Notes: a model not told the origin generated them from the letters alone. DNA of 64,000 nt from a bacterium (GCA_021815205.1 JAKAHD010000002.1:45538-109537); one strand, 5' to 3'; shown: positions 48,320 through 56,969, counted from the stretch's first letter. Numbers and translations: made by a program.

Positions 48320-50017
48320 TCACCTAATGGACTTGTAGCTTACCTCCCGCGTGCCGGGGATTTTTTTCAGGTTCACGAGAAGTTTCCCGAGTTTTCGTTC
48401 CGGAAACGCAGAAGCGCGAAGCGTGACGGCCGAGAACTTCATGCGGTGGTCCGTCTGGCTTGTGAGGAAGGAGATGTTTACCTTTGCGTTTCCGAATACT
48501 GCCGTAACGTCCTTCAAGTAGCCGGGCCTGTCCACGTTTATGATCCTGAACTCGATGAGCGCTGGCTCCTTTTTTGCGTGCAGGCCGATATGTTTTGCGT
48601 GGAGCGCGATTCTGATATGTTTCTTTGCCGCCGCGGTCTTCGCGAGGCGGAGCCAGCTTTCTGAAGGTTTCTTGCCCCGTTGCGTGATAATTTCTACCAT
48701 ATCTCCCGAGTGGAGCACGTAGTCGAAGGGCACGATGACGTGGTTCACCTTTGCTCCCACGCACTCGTTGCCGATGTCGGTATGGATGCGGTAGGCGAAG
48801 TCGATCGGGGTTGCGCCGAAGGGAAGATCAACAATGTCGTTCCGCGGCGTGAGCACGAAGATCCGGTCTTTGAAAAAATCAAACTTCAACCCCTCAAGGA
48901 ATTCTTTCTCGTTCACGAAGTGCTTCTGCCAGTTTTGGAGCTGCGTGATCCACGTGAGCTCTTTTTTGTTTTTTACCCCCTTCCATTCGTTGCGTTTGTC
49001 TTTCGAACTTTTCACCTGCTCGTACGCCCAGTGGGCGGCGATACCCATCTCGTTTGCTTCGTGCATCTCCTCGGTTTTGATCTGCACCTCGAGGATCCGG
49101 CTGTCGGCACAGAAGACGGTCGTGTGCAAGCTCCGATAGCCGTTCGGTTTGGGACGCGCGATATAATCTTTAAAACGGTTCGGCACGGGTTGCCAGAGTT
49201 GATGTACAACACCGAGTGCGGCATAACACTCGGCGACGGTCCTTGTGATGATACGGAGCGCAACGAGATCGTAGATTCTCGAGAGATCCATATCGTAGCG
49301 AAGCAGTTTCTTGTAGAGGCTATAGTAGCGCTTCGCCCTCGAATCGATGCGTATCGGATGAATGCCGTTCCGCGCGAGTTCTTTCGTGATCAAGGGCACC
49401 ACTTTTTTCGCATACGCTTCGCGCGTTGCATAGTCGTTCTTGGTTTCTTGAAGGAGCCATCGGTACTCTTCGGGATGTACGTAAGGAAACGCGAGGTCCT
49501 CGAGTTCGCCGCTCAAGCGTTGCATGCCGAGGCGGTAAGCAAGCGGCGCGTAGATCTCGGTTGTTTCCCAGGCAAAACGTTCCTGCCGATCGGGAGGAAG
49601 AAACTTGAGCGTCTTCATGTTGTGGAAGCGATCCGCAAGCTTGATAAGGAGAACGCGCAGATCCTTACCGAACGAGAGGATGAATCTCCGGAGATTTTCA
49701 ATGTCCGGATTTTCGGGATACTGAAGGGTCTTGAGTTTTGTAAGCCCGTCAACGAGAAAGGCGATCTCCTCGCCGAACGCTTTCTTGATATCGCGGATCG
49801 TGACATCGGAATCTTCGACGACGTCGTGCAAAAACGCCGCCGCGACCGCGGCATCTCCCAGATGCCATTCGTACGAGCTTCGTGCGACCTCAATGCTGTG
49901 GACGATGTAGGGGTCGCCGTTCATGCGCTTCGCGTCTTTATGGATCTCCGCCGCGAATGCGTAGGCCTTATGCGCCACACTGTCACTTGGAATCTTCTCA
50001 AGCCACTCGATCGCCAT
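48320..50017 (-). CDS. rel: RelA/SpoT (p)ppGpp synthetase-hydrolase (HD, SYNTH, TGS, ACT-like)
   Basis: PYI.H, LHDVVED, KLADR.HNM, KDYIA.PK.NGY.SLHT, GAT.IDFAY.IHT. Confidence 0.95.
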   Translation of the reverse strand: MAIEWLEKIPSDSVAHKAYAFAAEIHKDAKRMNGDPYIVHSIEVARSSYEWHLGDAAVAAAFLHDVVEDSDVTIRDIKKAFGEEIAFLVDGLTKLKTLQYPENPDIENLRRFILSFGKDLRVLLIKLADRFHNMKTLKFLPPDRQERFAWETTEIYAPLAYRLGMQRLSGELEDLAFPYVHPEEYRWLLQETKNDYATREAYAKKVVPLITKELARNGIHPIRIDSRAKRYYSLYKKLLRYDMDLSRIYDLVALRIITRTVAECYAALGVVHQLWQPVPNRFKDYIARPKPNGYRSLHTTVFCADSRILEVQIKTEEMHEANEMGIAAHWAYEQVKSSKDKRNEWKGVKNKKELTWITQLQNWQKHFVNEKEFLEGLKFDFFKDRIFVLTPRNDIVDLPFGATPIDFAYRIHTDIGNECVGAKVNHVIVPFDYVLHSGDMVEIITQRGKKPSESWLRLAKTAAAKKHIRIALHAKHIGLHAKKEPALIEFRIINVDRPGYLKDVTAVFGNAKVNISFLTSQTDHRMKFSAVTLRASAFPERKLGKLLVNLKKIPGTREVSYKSIR

Positions 50018-50045
50018 GCCTTTATTGTAGAATCGTTTTTCTGCC

Positions 50046-50108
50046 TTGACAAAACGACCCTCATGCCTACAATAATGAACGTTAGCAGTGAGAAGTCGAC
50101 ACTGCTAG
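50046..50108 (+). promoter_or_regulatory. groESL promoter and CIRCE-like operator
   Basis: TTGACA-16 nt-TACAAT (50046-50073); TTAGCAGTG-N9-CACTGCTAG (50082-50108). Confidence 0.85.
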
Positions 50109-50111
50109 TCA

Positions 50112-50224
50112 GCACGCATGAATATACACTACTATCCACGAATATCACGAATACGGAACGAAAACGTTTGCGTAATCGAGTATTATTCGTGGCATTCGTG
50201 TGCAATTCGTGCGCATTCGTGCGT
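50112..50224. repeat. Foldback element, CACGAAT family, in the groES leader
   Basis: CCACGAATATCACGAAT ... ATTCGTGGCATTCGTGTGCAATTCGTGCGCATTCGTGCGT directly before ATG. Confidence 0.8.
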
Positions 50225-50521
50225 ATGAAATTAAAACCATTATCGAATCATGTGCTCATCGAACGTATCGAAGAGGAGCGCATGGTCACGAAGTCGGGAA
50301 TCGTACTTCCCGATACGGTCGAAAAAAAGGAACAAACAAAAGGAACGGTCGTTGCAGTAGGTCCGGGGAAGGCGCAGAACGGCACGAGGATCGCACCCGA
50401 AGTAAAACCGGGTGACAAGGTACTCTTTAATAAGCCGTGGGGGGAAGATAAGAAGATTGAAGAGGACGGAAAGGTCTACTTTCTCGCGGACGAGGACGAT
50501 GTGCTGGCGATCATTGAGTAA
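50225..50521 (+). CDS. groES: Co-chaperonin GroES
   Basis: MKLKPL..HVLIE..TKSGIVLPDT..G.VVAVGPG..VK.GDKVLF. Confidence 0.96.
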   Translation: MKLKPLSNHVLIERIEEERMVTKSGIVLPDTVEKKEQTKGTVVAVGPGKAQNGTRIAPEVKPGDKVLFNKPWGEDKKIEEDGKVYFLADEDDVLAIIE

Positions 50522-50528
50522 ATAATTA

Positions 50529-50625
50529 TATCAGCATACATCTGCCTTATCAGTATAAATCAGCGTCGGCCCCTCATCTGTAAGAGAACGCTGATCAATG
50601 CTGATAGAGCCGATAGATGCTGATA
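50529..50625. repeat. Foldback element, GCTGAT variant (arms in reversed order)
   Basis: TATCAGCAT..TATCAG..ATCAGCG ... CGCTGAT..GCTGATA..ATGCTGATA. Confidence 0.75.
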
Positions 50626-50635
50626 ACGAATGAAT

Positions 50636-52270
50636 ATGGCGAAACAAATAAAATTCAACGAAGAGGCGCGCATTGCCTTAAAAAAAGGAATCGATACCCT
50701 TGCCGCCGCCGTAAAGATGACGCTTGGCCCCCGCGGCCGCGCGGTCGTGATCGAGAAGGGGTACGGCGCGCCGCAGGTAACGTTCGACGGCGTGACGGTC
50801 GCGAAAGAAATCGAGCTCGAAGGGAAGTATGAAAACCTCGGCGCCGAGTTCATTAAACAGGCGGCTGATAAGACGAACGACAACGTAGGAGACGGCACGA
50901 CCACCTCGGTTGTCTTGACCCACGCGCTTATCGAAGAAGGTGAGAAAGTGATCCGCGAGAAAGGGTTCAATGTCATTCAACTTGCCGAAGAGCTCAAGAA
51001 AGAAAGCGAGTCGGTCATCAAGGCGCTCGAAGCCCAGAAAGAAGAAATCAACGACAGCAAGAAGATCGAAGAAGTGGCGACGCTCTCCGCAAAGGACGCC
51101 TCGATCGGAAAACTCATCGCGGAAGTGATGACAAAAGTGGGAAGAGAAGGCGTCGTCACTGTCGAAGATTCGAACACGATAGGGAACTCGTACGAGATGG
51201 TTGAGGGCATGCAGTTCGATCGCGGCTACGTGTCGCAGTATATGGTGACGAATCAGGAAAAAATGGAATCCGAGCTCGAAGACCCGTATGTGCTCGTCAC
51301 CGACCGAAAGATCTCCTCAATTAATGAACTTCTGCCGCTCTTGGAGAAAGTTTTGCAGAGCGGAAAGAAAGAGCTCTTTATCATCGCGGATGATGTGGAC
51401 GGCGAGGCGCTCGCGACGATTATCGTGAACAAAATCCGCGGTATCGTGAATATCGTGGCGGTTAAGGCTCCCGGATTCGGCGACAGGAAAAAAGAAATGC
51501 TGCAGGATATCGCGATCGTGACCGGCGCCGATTATATCTCGGAAGATCTCGGCAAGAAGCTCGAGAACACGGATATTGATCAGCTCGGACACGCGCATCG
51601 CGTAATTGCCTCGAAGGATGCGACGACGATCGTGAGCGGCAAAGGAGATAAGAAGGCGATCGAGGATCGCGTGGCGCAGATCAAGGCGCAGATCAAGAAA
51701 ACCGAATCGGAATTCGACAAGGAGAAACTGCAGGAACGCCTCGGGAAACTCGCGGGAGGCGTCGCGGTGATTAAAGTCGGTGCGCCCACGGAATCCGCGC
51801 AGAAAGAACTGAAACAGCGCGTGGATGACGCGGTCGCGGCGACCCGCGCCGCGATGGAGGAGGGAATCGTGCCCGGCGGCGGCATTGCGCTTTTCAATGT
51901 GTACCGCGAGAAGTCACAGGAAACGGGAAGAGGAGAACTTGAAAAAAATACGCTCGGGATCGTGTGTGCGGCCTTGAAAGCCCCGCTCTCCGCGATTGTG
52001 GAGAATAGCGGCGAGTCACCGAAGGTCGTGATCGAAGAGCTGCTTTCCAAAAAGAAAGGAAAGAATGACGCATGGATCGGTTTCAACGCCGCAACAAACA
52101 AGATCGGCGACTTGAAGGAGGTCGGCATCATTGATCCTCTGAAAGTGACGAAGACGGCGTGGCGGAACGCGATCTCTGTTGCGGCGAATTACTTGACGAT
52201 CGGCGCCGCGGTAACCGAGATTCCCGAAAAGAAGGACAAGGCGCCCGGCGGCATGGATATGGGGTACTAG
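50636..52270 (+). CDS. groEL: Chaperonin GroEL
   Basis: TLGP.GR, DGVTVAKEI, GDGTTT, EGMQFDRGY, KAPGFGDR, EKLQERL.KLAGGVAV. Confidence 0.99.
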   Translation: MAKQIKFNEEARIALKKGIDTLAAAVKMTLGPRGRAVVIEKGYGAPQVTFDGVTVAKEIELEGKYENLGAEFIKQAADKTNDNVGDGTTTSVVLTHALIEEGEKVIREKGFNVIQLAEELKKESESVIKALEAQKEEINDSKKIEEVATLSAKDASIGKLIAEVMTKVGREGVVTVEDSNTIGNSYEMVEGMQFDRGYVSQYMVTNQEKMESELEDPYVLVTDRKISSINELLPLLEKVLQSGKKELFIIADDVDGEALATIIVNKIRGIVNIVAVKAPGFGDRKKEMLQDIAIVTGADYISEDLGKKLENTDIDQLGHAHRVIASKDATTIVSGKGDKKAIEDRVAQIKAQIKKTESEFDKEKLQERLGKLAGGVAVIKVGAPTESAQKELKQRVDDAVAATRAAMEEGIVPGGGIALFNVYREKSQETGRGELEKNTLGIVCAALKAPLSAIVENSGESPKVVIEELLSKKKGKNDAWIGFNAATNKIGDLKEVGIIDPLKVTKTAWRNAISVAANYLTIGAAVTEIPEKKDKAPGGMDMGY

Positions 52271-52325
52271 TAAAATGAAGCTCCGCGGGCTTACGCCCGG
52301 GGTATTCTCGCGCAGGCGGATAAAG

Positions 52326-52358
52326 GGGTGTCCAACCTCCTTAGGAGGTTGGACACCC
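52326..52358. repeat. 33-bp palindrome
   Basis: GGGTGTCCAACCTCCT-T-AGGAGGTTGGACACCC. Confidence 0.8.
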
Positions 52359-52404
52359 TTAGGATTTTCAGATCAGAATGGGGGATTTTTGCTATACTGA
52401 ACTC

Positions 52405-53334
52405 ATGAAACAATACCTCGATTTGCTCCGCGACGTGGTGGAGCATGGGACAAGGAAGGGTGATCGAACCGGCACGGGAACCGTCTCGATCTTCGGGCGG
52501 CAGATACGTTTCAATCTCGAAGACGGATTTCCCGCGGTGACGACGAAGAAGCTCTATATGAAAGCCGTGATCCATGAACTCTTATGGCTTTTGATGGGCG
52601 AGACGAACATCCAGTACCTTGTGAAGCACGACGTGAAGATCTGGAACGAGTGGGCGTTCGAGGTGTATCTCGCGAAAAATAATCTCCGCGAACAATATCC
52701 GCGCTACTCCGATGCGTGGCAGGAAGAGATGAAAAATTTTATCGAGAGGGTAAAGACGGATGACGTGTTTGCAAAAGCATGGGGCGAACTGGGGCCGATC
52801 TACGGAAAGCAGTGGCGGAGGTGGCAGGGACCGAACGGAGAAGAGGTGGATCAGATTGCAAACATAGTGGATCTAATTGAACACGATCCGACCTCGCGGA
52901 GAATTATCGTAAGCGGGTGGAACGTGGGAGAGATTCAGGAACTCGTGCGAAACCATCATTCGGCGCCACCGCCGTGCCACACGCTTTTTCAATTTATTGT
53001 GGTGGATGGAAAACTTTCGTGCCAGCTCTATCAGCGGAGCGCCGACCTTTTTCTTGGAGTACCCTTCAATATCGCGTCGTACGCGCTTCTCACGATGATG
53101 CTCGCGCAGGTGACGGGCCTGAAGCCGGGAGAGTTCATTCATACGTTCGGCGACGCGCATATTTATCTGAATCATCTGGATCAGGTGAGAGAGCAACTCT
53201 CGCGCACGCCGCGGCCCCTGCCTCGCATGAAGATTAATCCGAGCGTGAAGTCCATCTTCGATTTTAAGTATGAGGACTTTGAACTCGAGGGCTATGACCC
53301 GTACCCCGCCATCAAGGCGCCGATTTCAGTCTAA
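52405..53334 (+). CDS. thyA: Thymidylate synthase
   Basis: [29 protein letters not shown]. Confidence 0.98.
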   Translation: MKQYLDLLRDVVEHGTRKGDRTGTGTVSIFGRQIRFNLEDGFPAVTTKKLYMKAVIHELLWLLMGETNIQYLVKHDVKIWNEWAFEVYLAKNNLREQYPRYSDAWQEEMKNFIERVKTDDVFAKAWGELGPIYGKQWRRWQGPNGEEVDQIANIVDLIEHDPTSRRIIVSGWNVGEIQELVRNHHSAPPPCHTLFQFIVVDGKLSCQLYQRSADLFLGVPFNIASYALLTMMLAQVTGLKPGEFIHTFGDAHIYLNHLDQVREQLSRTPRPLPRMKINPSVKSIFDFKYEDFELEGYDPYPAIKAPISV

Positions 53335-53353
53335 AACTTATGCCAAGATATTT

Positions 53354-53399
53354 TGTCATCCTGAGTTTTTCTGTCATCACTGAACGCAGTGAAGGATCT
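53354..53399. repeat. GTCATCCTGA family half-elements
   Basis: TGTCATCCTGAG..TGTCATCACTGAACGCAGTGAAGGATCT. Confidence 0.6.
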
Positions 53400-53416
53400 T
53401 CTTTGATTAAATAGTA

Positions 53417-53914
53417 ATGATTATCTCTCTTATTGCAGCACTATCGAACGACGGAGTGATCGGGAACCGTGGGAAGATTCCGTGGCATCTTCCCGCGGAT
53501 TTGAAGCATTTCAAGGAGATCACGTTGGGGCACCCCGTGATCATGGGGCGAAAAACTTATGAATCAATAGGGAAACCGCTTCCCGGGAGAACGAACATTA
53601 TTGTAACGCGGCACAAGGAGTATGCTGCGCCGGAGTGCGTCGTGGCATCCACACTCGAAGAAGCGTTCGATGCCGCGCGCGTCTCGGGTGCGGGAGAAGC
53701 GTTTGTGATAGGAGGCGCGGAGATTTATAAAGAAGCGATGCCGCGCGCGGAGAAACTGTACCTCACGAACGTGGAAGGAGATTTCGAGGGAGACGCATTT
53801 TTTCCCGAAGTGAGTTCGCTTGAATGGAAGGAGATTTCGAGGGAGAAGGGAGTCGTGGACGAGAAGAACGGGTATCCGCATACATTTCTTGTATTTGAAA
53901 GAAAACGGAATTGA
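53417..53914 (+). CDS. folA: Dihydrofolate reductase
   Basis: IG..G.IPWHLP.DLKHFK, MGRKTYESIG.PLPGR, IGGAEIY, GDAFFP. Confidence 0.98.
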   Translation: MIISLIAALSNDGVIGNRGKIPWHLPADLKHFKEITLGHPVIMGRKTYESIGKPLPGRTNIIVTRHKEYAAPECVVASTLEEAFDAARVSGAGEAFVIGGAEIYKEAMPRAEKLYLTNVEGDFEGDAFFPEVSSLEWKEISREKGVVDEKNGYPHTFLVFERKRN

Positions 53915-53938
53915 CATTTTTTCGGTTCCCGTGATAAT
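53911..53938 (+). promoter_or_regulatory. Sigma70-like promoter upstream of the tRNA-like RNA
   Basis: TTGACA-16 nt-GATAAT. Confidence 0.55.
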
Positions 53939-53968
53939 CTGGAGTCCGATAGACCTTTCACATACACG

Positions 53969-54089
53969 GCGGAGTCTTATGGTTGAGGTCCTGGCCGCAT
54001 GATGTCGGAGTTATCGCCCGACAACACGCAACTGATGATAGGCTAATGTCATCGGTGCCGGGACGAGGGTTCGAGTCCTTTGCTCCGCA
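53969..54089 (+). ncRNA. tRNA-like structured RNA lacking a canonical anticodon loop
   Basis: Acceptor-like GCGGAGT/GCTCCGC, mini D-arm CTTA-TGGT-TGAG, 8-bp GTCCTGGC/GCCGGGAC enclosing two hairpins, T-arm GAGGG-TTCGAGT-CCTTT. Confidence 0.65.
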
Positions 54090-54110
54090 CGAAGTTTCTC
54101 TCCTCGCAGA

Positions 54111-54159
54111 AAAGGAGGTCGGCATTTTTATATTTCCCGCCGCACCTCCTTTCTTTTTT
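54111..54159 (+). terminator. Probable intrinsic terminator
   Basis: AAAGGAGGT-CGGC..GCCG-C-ACCTCCTTT hairpin followed by a T run. Confidence 0.55.
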
Positions 54160-54184
54160 CTCTCGTCGTGCTATACTGTCTCAC

Positions 54185-54739
54185 ATGACCCCAGAAACAA
54201 TAATTCTTATTATCGCCGCGGTGATTATAGTGTGGGCGATTTCTTCGTTTAACGGTCTTGTTTCAAGGAAAAACAGGGTTGCCGAGGCGTGGTCGGATAT
54301 CGAGGTCCAGCTCAAACGCCGGTACGATCTGATCCCGAATCTCGTCGAGACCGTGAAAGGATATGCCGCGCACGAGAAATCCGTGCTTGAGAATGTGACC
54401 AATGCCCGTACTGCCGCAATGTCTACCGAAGATCCCAAGGCGAAACTCCAGGCGGAAAACCAACTCTCCCAAACCTTGAAGACGCTCTTCGCGGTCGCGG
54501 AGAATTATCCCCAGCTCAAGGCGAACGAAAACTTTTCGAAACTGCAGGACGAACTCACCGATACGGAAGACAAGATTCAAGCCGCGCGCAGGTTTTATAA
54601 CGGCAATGTCCGCGACTACAACACGGCGATCGAGGTGTTTCCGAAGAACGTGATTGCCGGCATGTTCGGCTTCACGCACAAAGAACTCTTTGACGTGGAC
54701 AACGACGTCGAGAAACAACCAATCCAAGTCAAGTTCTAA
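54185..54739 (+). CDS. lemA: LemA family protein
   Basis: AWSDIEVQLKRRYDLIPNLVETVKGYA.HE, ENYP.LKA..NF, ARRFYN. Confidence 0.97.
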   Translation: MTPETIILIIAAVIIVWAISSFNGLVSRKNRVAEAWSDIEVQLKRRYDLIPNLVETVKGYAAHEKSVLENVTNARTAAMSTEDPKAKLQAENQLSQTLKTLFAVAENYPQLKANENFSKLQDELTDTEDKIQAARRFYNGNVRDYNTAIEVFPKNVIAGMFGFTHKELFDVDNDVEKQPIQVKF

Positions 54740-54856
54740 CGCACGAATGGGCACAAATCGCCCACGAATATCACAAATTCGTATGAGTGGTATTCGTGTT
54801 CGTCGACCGGCGGGATTTGTGTCGCATTTGTGGTTTATTAGTGTATATTCGTGCGT
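54739..54856. repeat. Intergenic foldback element, CACGAAT family
   Basis: Perfect terminal repeat ACGCACGAAT/ATTCGTGCGT running from the lemA stop to the base before the htpX ATG. Confidence 0.88.
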
Positions 54857-55765
54857 ATGACCTTATACACCCAAGCATCCTCAAATGTCCGAAAAACGTG
54901 GGCGCTTCTCATGGGTTTTTTCGTGCTCATTATCGCGATCGGCTGGACTTTTAGTTATGCGTATCAGTCGCCGGGCATTCTTGTTTTTGCCGTTATGGTG
55001 AGTGTGATAATGAGTGTCACGAGCTACTGGTTTTCGGATAAGATCGTGCTTGCGAGTGCGGGTGCGAAACCAATCGAGAAAAAGGACAATCCGGAATTAT
55101 ATCGCCTCGTCGAAAATCTTACTATCGCCTCTGGGCTCCCAATGCCGAAGCTTTACGTGATCCCGAATCCCGCGCCGAACGCGTTCGCGACGGGGCGCGA
55201 CAAGGAACACGCGGTCGTAGCCGTAACGCAGGGACTTTTAGATGTCATGAACAAGCAGGAGCTTGAGGGAGTCCTCGCGCATGAGCTTTCGCACATCGGC
55301 AACAAGGATATGCTCGTCTCGACGGTCGTCGTGGTCCTTGTGGGTGTAATTTCGCTCCTCGCCGACTGGTTCTTACGGATGAGTTTCTTCGGTGGAAGGA
55401 GAGATGACAGGGACTCGGGCGGCAATATTATGTTTTTTCTTGGCATCGCAGGCGCGATTCTCGCGCCGATTGCGGCGACCTTGATCCAGCTCGCGATCTC
55501 AAGAAAGCGGGAGTTTTTGGCGGACGCCTCGGGCGCCCTCCTCACGCGGTATCCCGAAGGGCTCGCGAGCGCACTCCAAAAACTGGAGGCGAACCCGTAC
55601 AGCATGAAAGCATCGTCCGCAACCGCGCATCTCTATTTTGCAAACCCGTTCAAGGCGGATAGGGGAGAGAAAGATTCGAAGAAGATACCCTGGGTTACGA
55701 AACTTTTCATGACGCATCCCCCGATTGAGGAGCGCATTAAAGTATTGCGTCAGATGTCGGTCTGA
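54857..55765 (+). CDS. htpX: Zinc metalloprotease HtpX (M48)
   Basis: PNAFATGR, HELSH, SR.REFLAD, THPP.EERI. Confidence 0.96.
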   Translation: MTLYTQASSNVRKTWALLMGFFVLIIAIGWTFSYAYQSPGILVFAVMVSVIMSVTSYWFSDKIVLASAGAKPIEKKDNPELYRLVENLTIASGLPMPKLYVIPNPAPNAFATGRDKEHAVVAVTQGLLDVMNKQELEGVLAHELSHIGNKDMLVSTVVVVLVGVISLLADWFLRMSFFGGRRDDRDSGGNIMFFLGIAGAILAPIAATLIQLAISRKREFLADASGALLTRYPEGLASALQKLEANPYSMKASSATAHLYFANPFKADRGEKDSKKIPWVTKLFMTHPPIEERIKVLRQMSV

Positions 55766-55879
55766 TTCATCAGGATCCATCTCAAAAGTACTCAGAATTA
55801 TGCTCTGGGACTCCTCGAATGCGCCAAGGAAGTTCAACTTCTTTAGAGAGTCGAACTTCGAAGACACTCCGCGTTGAAA

Positions 55880-55917
55880 CACCGAGGGTGCTATGACATG
55901 TCATAGCACCCTCGGTG
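55880..55917. repeat. 38-bp perfect palindrome (24-bp core family)
   Basis: CACCGAGGGTGCTATGACATGTCATAGCACCCTCGGTG. Confidence 0.9.
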
Positions 55918-55955
55918 CGGTGGAAAAAAGGGGATGATTGTGTAATAATAAAGGC

Positions 55956-56927
55956 ATGAAGAAGAATGATGGTTTTATACCGCTGTGGGCGCTCCTCGTC
56001 GCGCTCGGCGTGATCGTAGTCGCGGGAGGAGTGTGGTATCTCAACTCATCGTCGGGGACAAAAGTATTTGACCCGAGTCCCAATGATCCGATTTGGCGGG
56101 TGTACACCGACACCGCGAACGGATTTGAAGTAAAGTATCCAACGGGAGTTACGCTCCAAGAGCAGAACGGCGACGTCTCCCTCTCTTTTCCGGGAGATAA
56201 GGCGCGCATTTATCTTAAGGTAACCAACACACTCTCCGCACCGCTTTTCGGGACGTTCGGCGGCTGGTATCAATATAACAAAGCCGCGGGGTCACCAAAT
56301 CTCGTGTCCACCGGCACAATCGGTAACTTCGCAGTAGATTATTTTATGCAAGATGCCGGCATGGGGTCGTGGGACAGAGCGATAAATGCGTATCAGACGA
56401 AGAACGGCACCTATTATGAATTATCCTTGTATTATCCGCGGGAATTCAGCGTGCCGGCCGGCGCTGATCACCAAGCCGCTATTGCGGAGGCAAGCGCTGA
56501 TTTGCACGATCTGAACAACGCATATGTGAAGACATTTACGAAAATTCTTAATACATTCCGGTTTACCCTGCCGCAGGGAGTGGAGAAGAAAACATGGAAC
56601 GGAATGACTTTCGACTATCCGGCCGGGTGGACGGTGAGGGAAGATACGTACGCGACACCCGCGCAGACAGCGGAAGGCACCCCACCTTCAGTGGTTGGTC
56701 TCAGTATCGAAAAAGTAACGGGAGCAGAACAATATTTTATTGAGATCGGCGGGCGTCAAGCCGACTGCCGCGGAAACAGCGGTTATGCGAAGTGCGTGAC
56801 TATTCAAACGCCGGATAAACAGCTTTGGCCCGTGCACACAATAAACAGAGACTCCGACACTTTGAGCGTTTTCGATTCAATCGTTCAGAGCATCGTGCAG
56901 CACGGCGGCGCGATCTACCGCTACTAA
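55956..56927 (+). CDS. Membrane-anchored/secreted protein with two PsbP-like modules
   Basis: KKNDGF then hydrophobic stretch; W.VY.D...GF.VKYP and F.YP.GW motifs. Confidence 0.7.
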   Translation: MKKNDGFIPLWALLVALGVIVVAGGVWYLNSSSGTKVFDPSPNDPIWRVYTDTANGFEVKYPTGVTLQEQNGDVSLSFPGDKARIYLKVTNTLSAPLFGTFGGWYQYNKAAGSPNLVSTGTIGNFAVDYFMQDAGMGSWDRAINAYQTKNGTYYELSLYYPREFSVPAGADHQAAIAEASADLHDLNNAYVKTFTKILNTFRFTLPQGVEKKTWNGMTFDYPAGWTVREDTYATPAQTAEGTPPSVVGLSIEKVTGAEQYFIEIGGRQADCRGNSGYAKCVTIQTPDKQLWPVHTINRDSDTLSVFDSIVQSIVQHGGAIYRY

Positions 56928-56969
56928 AGTAGGAAAGTAGGAATCGAAAATCTGTTTTGGGGATAATAT

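Noticed and set aside
48680-50224. 613-aa ORF appearing to be a long N-terminal extension of GroES
   Set aside because: It is the antisense shadow of rel running through the groE promoter, CIRCE and a repeat; the real GroES starts at ATG 50225.
53969-54089. Assignment as tmRNA or a standard tRNA
   Set aside because: No G3-U70 pair, far too short for tmRNA, no stop-terminated tag frame, and no 7-nt anticodon loop. Kept only as a tRNA-like RNA.
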